Made by a program: the position numbers and the translations under genes
Shown here: positions 56,929 to 64,000 of the stretch, piece after piece
Numbering within the stretch: position 1 is the stretch's first letter
How the letters are laid out: the number at the start of each line of letters is the position of its first letter
The notes under the pieces: generated by a model
The model's input: only the letters and a program-made list of their open reading frames with translations
Databases searched by the model: none
Told to the model about the DNA's origin: nothing
DNA from: Eledone cirrhosa
Taxonomy: Eukaryota
Length of the DNA stretch: 64,000 nucleotides
Reading direction: 5' to 3'
Assembly (NCBI GenBank): GCA_964016885.1
Contig: OZ024743.1
Location: 302,746,001-302,810,000 of the forward strand

Positions 56929-59900
56929 GTTATTGTTATTCCTTGAATCTCAGTCATTGATGTTGGTTAACTGGAAAGTCCGTTGGATTGAATATCAAGC
57001 CACTACCTGCAGCCTCAGATATTCAGGACGTATCGGAGGGTTCTTGCTGTTCCAAGCAAGCATGCCTTTTGAAGCGTTCCAAAAAGCGTGAAGGGGCCGA
57101 TTTTCTTTAACCATCCCTGGAAACTTTTGGAGATAGTCCCCAGTGCGCCTATGACAATCGGGATCACTTTGACTTCATGGCAGTTCCAAATCCTTTTCAC
57201 CTCCCACTTTAGGTCCTGGTATCGGTTAATTTTCTCCCTCTCCTTCTCTTGCACTCTCGTGTCGAACGGGCAGGCCACATCCACAATCAGGCACGATCTT
57301 TTTTCTTTGTCCACAACCACCAGGTCAGGTCTATTGTGTTCCAGTTTTTTGTCCGTCTGTATCCTAAAATCCCACAGCACCTTCACCTGACTGTTCTCCA
57401 TCACCGCCTCTGGCCTATGCTCATACCATTTCTCAGAATGTGGTAGATTGTTTACTTTGCACAGGTGCCAGTGGATCACCCTGCCCATCACATCGTGTCT
57501 CCAGCCCTTATAGTGGGTCTGGGCTAGGTGTTTACACTCGGACACAATGTGAGCCACAGTCTCCTCTCTCTCTCCACAGATCCTGCACAGTGGGCTAGCC
57601 TCCTCCTTGTAGATATGGTGCTTCAACCACTTCGTTTTGAGGGCCTGCTCCTGCGCAGCCATTAGCATTCCTTCTGTAGCCTTTTTGAGGTCTCCTCTTC
57701 TCAACCAGTTCCATGTCTGTGGATCTCTAAATTCAGTTTTCTCAAAGAAGGTGCTATGAAGGGATTTTCCCTTAAGGCTGCTCTTCCTCCTTGATGTTAT
57801 TTCCTCCTTGGACATCCCCTGGCCTACTGTCCCCTCCTTCAGTACAGTTCTGAGCATTGGCTCCTTACTATAGGTCACGTATTTGTATAGGTTGTTTTTC
57901 TCCATCTGAACACAGTCCTCTATGCTGATAAGACCTCTTCCACCCTCAGATCTCCTTAGGTAGAGTCTATCGACATCACTCCTCTTGTGGAACATGTTGT
58001 AGATAGTCAATAGCTTCCTAGTCTTCCTATCCATTTCTTTTTGTTCAGCAACATTCCATCTCAGAATTCCCGCACTGTACCTAATAATAGACACAGCTCG
58101 GGAATTTACTGCGCTTATGGCATTTCTGCTGTTCAGATGTGACTTCAATACGCTCCTTACTCTCCGAATGTATTCAGTTCTTAACAATTCCTTCATTTTT
58201 TTGTTTTTTATGCCATCAGCCTCCAGAACGCCCAAATACTTGTATCCTTCCTCAGAGTCAATTTCCTTTATCATCTCACCTGTTGGTATCTGGATCCCGT
58301 TACTTCTGCTCAACCTACCCCTCTTCATCACAATGACTCCACATTTACCAATACCAAACTGCATACATATATCACTGCTGAAAATACGGACAGTGTCAAC
58401 AAGCACATCCAACTCCTTCTCACTTTTCCCGAAGAGCTTAAGATCGTCCATGAAGAGGAGGTGATTGATGGTAAGCTCTCCCCTTCCCAACTTGTATCCT
58501 GCTCTCACTTTTCGCAGCATAATGGTCAAGGGCATCAGGGCAAGGACAAACAACAGAGGGGACAGGCTATCTCCCTGGAAGATACCTCTCTTGATCTTCA
58601 CGCTTCCCAAGGATACTCCAGTTGATGTCAACTCTGTCTCCCAGGACCCCATACTCCTGCCCAAAACTGTCTGATGTTATCTGCCACCCTGAAGATCTCC
58701 AGGCTTTTGGTGATCCAGGAATGAGGCACCATGTCAAATGCTTTTCTGTAGTCTATCCATCCCATGGCAAGATCAGTGTGTCTCCTCCTGCAATTCCCCA
58801 TTACCATCTTATCAATAAGCAACTGGTCCTTTGTACCACGTGACTTCTTTCGGCATCCTTTCTGTTCGTCCGGTAACAAGTTGTTTGTGTGGAGGTGATG
58901 GTAGATTTCCTCATACACAATGCTCGTCAACAGTTTCCACATAACGGGCAGACATGTGATAGGTCTATAGTTGGTAACATCATTACCCTTGATTCGGTCT
59001 TTCATTATCAGAACTGTGGTACCTTTTGTCAACCACTCTGGTACCTCACCCGACACCAAGCAGTCATTGAACATGGCCGTCAGCTTCGGGTGGAGGGATG
59101 TTAAATGTTTAATCCAATACCCCTGCACACCATCTGGGCCTGGTGATTTCCAGTTGGTTAGCTTTTTGGCTTGCCCCTTAAGAGTTTCAACTGTGATACT
59201 CAAATCAGTCTGTTGCTGTGCCTGCTCACCGATCTCCCTCTGTACTGTCTCAATCCACCCTGCCTGGGCATTGTGTCTAACATCCTGCTCCCATATTCCT
59301 CTCCAGAATGTTTTAGCTTGTTCCGCCCCAGGGATCAAGTCGTTGCCTCTTTCTTTCCCCTCAAGCTGTCCAAACAGCATCTTCTGGTTGTTGTCGAACA
59401 TGCGGTTCTGTTTATACTGACTGACTCTGTTCTCGTATCGCCTGATTTTTGCACTCTTTGCTACAATGCGTTGCTTCAATTCCTCTATGATAATATTTAG
59501 CTTTTTACTCCTAGTTTTGTATTTTATTTCCAGTCTATTTTTAGTGCCTATGTTTTTTAGTGTCCCATTCAGTAGTGACTCAAGCTTTCCTATGTCATTT
59601 CTCATTTCCCCGATTTGCCCACTCAGTCGCTTCTTCCACCACGTCTCTGCTCTTTCTTGTCTGTTGTTTCCTCTCGCTTTTATACCAAGTAGTTTCCTCA
59701 CCGTATTTGCTGTTGCTTTGAGGATATTGTTGCACTGGTGAAGACTCCTCACCTCAAGGTATGGGATGACTTTGTTTACGTTAGCTGTTGTTTCTTTTAA
59801 CTTTTTCCTGTCTACAAATCTTAGGTTCATAGGTCTCCCACTATCATTGTTCAACTCATCTACCACTAAATTTAGGATGTCAACCGAATCTTGTCCTAGC

Positions 59901-61331
59901 CCGTCAGCATTCATCTCCTCAGTGGCCGTATCTCTGTTCCAGGTATTATTTATCTCAGTATTCAGATCATTGTCTGCTTCGGGTGGTTCCTCCGTTCTCA
60001 GGACCTCCTCACCTTCATTTCCTGCCGGCTCGCTTGTCTGGCATACTACACCCGCCATCTCTAAGCCATTCTCTCTGCTCAGTTCCTCCAGTTCCAGATC
60101 GCTTATCCACCCATTAGTTCTTATTACCCGAGCCTGCCCGGCCAATTTTTGTTCATCTAATTTAAATAAACCAATCTCGTTCCAGATGTTATGCATCCGT
60201 CTCCTGTAGCCCCTCTCCTTGGGGTTACTTTTCAGGTAGCATTGCATAACAGTTCTATTCAATTCTTTCGTCCAGTTGGTTCTGGCCCCTTTCCTTCTTC
60301 TTCTTCCTCCAACATCAGCAGTATTTGGTTGACAGTCAGGTTCCTGCTGCTGAGCCAGGGGGCACTTGTTGGGTGAGAGTCTGTCACATGACGTTCTAGT
60401 CTCCGTTTCACCGTTATTCGAACTGTTTATGTTCGATATTTAAACACTCTTATCGAGGATTGGCGAATGTATGTTTACATAGCCATCTGTGGATCCGCCA
60501 TCCCACTTGGCCCTTGTGTGGCATTATCACCACGCTGTATACGAACACACATAAACAAACAAACACACGGCAGAAAGGGCCCCAAAAATGAATAAGCATG
60601 AGTTTCATTGTAATGTAGTATTCGAATGTCTGACTTAGTTTTTGTTTTTTAAGTTTTACTTTTTCCCCCCTCTTCTTTGTCCGTCCGCCTGCTTCTCTCT
60701 TCATTCTTATTTTCTTTACGTTTTTGGGGTTTCTTTTTTTGTTTTTGTTTTTCTCTGTTTGTTTTTCTCGTTTTTTGCTGTTGTTGCTGTGCTGCTTTGG
60801 TTTTGTTGTTTGTTTTTTCTTTTTTCTTTTGAGTCTATCTATATATTTTGATGCCTTCCTCTTTGTTAGTAGTAGGAATTCTATAATCGGCAAATGGCAG
60901 CCAGCAGGGAGAAGTGGGAGACTGGCGGCGTTGGCGATAATGAGACAGTGGTGGCGGTGATGTCGATACCGAGGCAGTGGTGGCGGTGATGCGACCGTAT
61001 TACTGTAGTGATGGTGCTGTAGCGGTGGCAGCAGCAGTGAAGGAGTCAAGGGGTGGTGGCGGCGGTGATGGGATAGTGGTGGTAATGATGGCCGTAGTGA
61101 GCGGTGGCGGTGAAGGTGAAAATGCTGTTGTGTTTAGTGTACACAGATGATGGGGTGGGTGGTGTATCTAGTTTCTGGTGTTGGTGAGTTTAGCTGTCCT
61201 ATATAGTGTAGCCAGAGGAGAGGAGGGGGGGGGGGGGGTTCTTCTTCTTCCATTTATAGCCATTTTTTGGGGGGGATATACAGTGTACAATACAAAGTTG
61301 AATATTTGAATATTTGAGCCTTATAACAATA

Positions 61332-61335
<4 letters not shown>
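56929..61335 (-). mobile_element. R4/Dong-like family B copy (B3) with ~930-bp 5' leader
   Basis: Near-identical to B2; the leader extends further; TTA-flanked. Confidence 0.95.
57015..60406 (-). pseudogene. Family B ORF with a 1-bp frameshift at ~58662; ACG where B2 has its start ATG
   Basis: The 544-aa and 549-aa pieces overlap at the frameshift; compared with B2. Confidence 0.93.
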
Positions 61336-61369
<34 letters not shown>

Positions 61370-64000
61370 GTTATTGTTATTCCTTGAATCTCAGTCATTG
61401 ATGTTGGTTAACTGGAAAGTCCGTTGGATTGAATATCAAGCCACTACCTGCAGCCTCAGATATTCAGGACGTATCGGAGGGTTCTTGCCGTTCCAAGCAA
61501 GCATGCCTTTTGAAGCGTTCCAAAAAGCGTGAAGGGGCCGATTTTCTTTAACCATCCCTGGAAACCTTTGGAGATATTCCCCAGTGCGCCTATGACAATC
61601 GGGATCACTTTGACTTCATGGCAGTTCCAAATCCTTTTCACCTCCCACTTTAGGTCCTGGTATCGGTTAATTTTCTCCCTCTCCTTCTCTTGCACTCTCG
61701 TGTCGAACGGGCAGGCCACATCCACAATCAGGCACGATCTTTTTTCTTTGTCCACAACCACCAGGTCAGGTCTATTGTGTTCCAGTTTTTTGTCCGTCTG
61801 TATCCTAAAATCCCACAGCACCTTCACCTGACTGTTCTCTATCACCGCCTCTGGCCTATGCTCATACCATTTCTCAGAATGTGGTAGATTGTTTACTTTG
61901 CACAGGTGCCAGTGGATCACCCTGCCCATCACATCGTGTCTCCAGCCCTTATAGTGGGTCTGGGCTAGGTGTTTACACTCGGACACAATGTGAGCCAAAG
62001 TCTCCTCTCTCTCTCCACAGATCCTGCACAGTGGGCTAGCCTCCTCCTTGTAGATATGGTGCTTCAACCACTTCGTTTTGGGGGCCTGCTCCTGCGCAGC
62101 CATTAGCATTCCTTCTGTAGCCTTTTTGAGGTCTCCTCTTCTCAACCAGTTCCATGTCTGTGGATCTCTAAATTCAGTTTTCTCAAAGAAGGTACTATGA
62201 AGGGATTTTCCCTTAAGGCTGCTCTTCCTCCTTGATGTTATTTCCTCCTTGGGTATCCCCTGGCCTACTGTCCCCTCCTTCAGTACAGCTCAGAGCATTG
62301 GCTCCTTACTATAGGTCACGTATTTGTATAGGTTGTTTTTCTCCATCTGAACACAGTCCTCTATGCTGATAAGACCTCTTCCACCCTCAGATCTCCTTAG
62401 GTAGAGTCTATCGACATCACTCCTCTTGTGGAACATGTTGTAGATAGTCAATAGCTTCCTAGTCTTCCTATCCATTTCTTTTTGTTCAGCAACATTCCAT
62501 CTCAGAATTCCCGCACTGTACCTAATAATAGACACAGCTCGGGAATTTACTGCGCTTATGGCATTTCTGCTGTTCAGATGTGACTTCAATACGCTCCTTA
62601 CTCTCCGAATGTATTCAGTTCTTAATAATTCCTTCATTCTTTTGTTCTTTATGCCATCAGCCTCCAGAACGCCCAAATACTTGTATCCTTCCTCAGAGTC
62701 AATTTCCTTTATCATCTCACCTGTTGGTATCTGGATCCCGTTACTTCTGCTCAACCTACCCCTCCTCATCACAATGACTCCACATTTACCAATACCAAAC
62801 TGCATACATATATCACTGCTGAAAATACGGACAGTGTCAACAAGCACATCCAACTCCTTCTCACTTTTCCCGAAGAGCTTAAGATCGTCCATGAAGAGGA
62901 GGTGATTGATGGTATGCTCTCCCCTTCCCAACTTGTATCCTGCTCTCACTTTTCGCAGCATAATGGTCAAGGGCATCAGGGCAAGGACAAACAACAGCGG
63001 GGACAGGCTATCTCCCTGGAAGACACCTCTCTTGATATTCACGCTTCCCAAGGATACTCCAGTTGATGTCAACTCTGTCTCCCAGGACCCCATACTCCTG
63101 CCCAGCAACTGTCTGATGTTATCTGCCACCCTGAAGATCTCCAGGCTTTTGGTGATCCAGGAATGAGGCACCATGTCAAATGCCTTTCTGTAGTCTATCC
63201 ATCCCATGGCAAGATCAGTGTGTCTCCTCCTGCAATTCCCCATTACCAGCTTATCAATAAGCAACTGGTCCTTTGTACCACGTGACTTCTTTCGGCATCC
63301 TTTCTGTTCGTCCGGCAACAAGTTGTTTGTGTGGAGGTGATGGTAGATTTCCTCAGACACAATGCTCGTCAACAGTTTCCACATTACGGGCAGACATGTG
63401 ATAGGTCTATAGTTGGTAACATCATTACCCTTGATTCGGTCTTTCATTATCAGAACTGTGGTACCTTTTGTCAACCACTCTGGCACCTCACCCGACACCA
63501 AGCAGTCATTGAACATGGCCGTCAGCTTCGGGTGGAGGGATGTTAAATGTTTAATCCAATACCCCTGCACACCATCTGGGCCTGGTGATTTCCAGTTGGT
63601 TAGTTTTTTGGCTTGCCCCTTAAGAGTTTCAACTGTGATACTCAAATCAGTCTGTTGCTGTGCCTGCTCACCGATCTCCCTCTGTACTGTCTCAATCCAC
63701 CCTGCCTGGGCATTGTGTCTAACATCCTGCTCCCATATTCCTCTCCAGAATGTTTTAGCTTGTTCCGCCCCAGGGATCAAGTCGTTGCCTCTTTCTTTCC
63801 CCTCAAGATGTCCAAACAGCATCTTCTGGTTGTTGTCGAACATGCGGTTCTGTTTATACTGACTGACTCTGTTCTTGTATCGCCTGATTTTGGCACTCTT
63901 TGCTACAATGCGTTGCTTCAATTCCTCTATGATAATATTTAGCTTTTTACTCCTAGTTTTGTATTTTATTTCCAGTCTATTTTTAGTGCCTATGTTTTTT
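61370..64000 (-). mobile_element. R4/Dong-like family B copy (B4), runs off the window; in-frame stop at 62290-62292
   Basis: 543-aa and 229-aa ORF pieces near-identical to B2/B3; AGA>TGA change. Confidence 0.95.

Noticed and set aside
60450-61049. 199-aa Pro/His/Lys-rich ORF in the family B leader as a true ORF1
   Set aside because: Low complexity, no ATG start, no recognisable domain, not evidently conserved as a frame in family A; a decayed uORF cannot be fully excluded.
36288-62292. In-frame TGA stops in R4 ORFs as possible selenocysteine or programmed readthrough
   Set aside because: Each stop is private to one copy and replaces Trp or Arg in sister copies; ordinary point mutations.
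53271-63942. Recurrent plus-strand ORFs antisense to the R4 ORFs
   Set aside because: Shadow frames that recur only because the copies are near-identical; no domain motifs.

Overview
AT-rich animal genomic DNA with no recognisable host gene. It is probably octopus/cephalopod, inferred from a tRNA-derived SINE I recognise from Octopus and from the dense (TA)n/(CA)n content. The window has two distinct halves. (1) About 1-32.6 kb is (TA)n-rich and holds decayed Penelope-like elements (PLEs; two with RT + GIY-YIG, Naiad-like), many PLE pseudo-LTR remnants with hammerhead-ribozyme motifs (including U3-A8 core variants and long stem II), a decayed mariner, a Helitron-like element, a ~550-bp tandem array and several palindromes. 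(2) About 32.65-64 kb is a continuous stack of at least 11 non-LTR retrotransposon copies, each separated only by a short (TTA/TAA)n tract. Nine are R4/Dong-clade RLE elements of two families, all on the minus strand. Two are Tx1/L1-like APE elements on the plus strand. This array is the main candidate novel system: unrelated endonuclease classes appear to target the same microsatellite with opposite polarity, and the two R4 families share 5' leader sequence. Short low-complexity ORFs ([12 protein letters not shown]) are microsatellite artefacts. All comparisons were made by eye.
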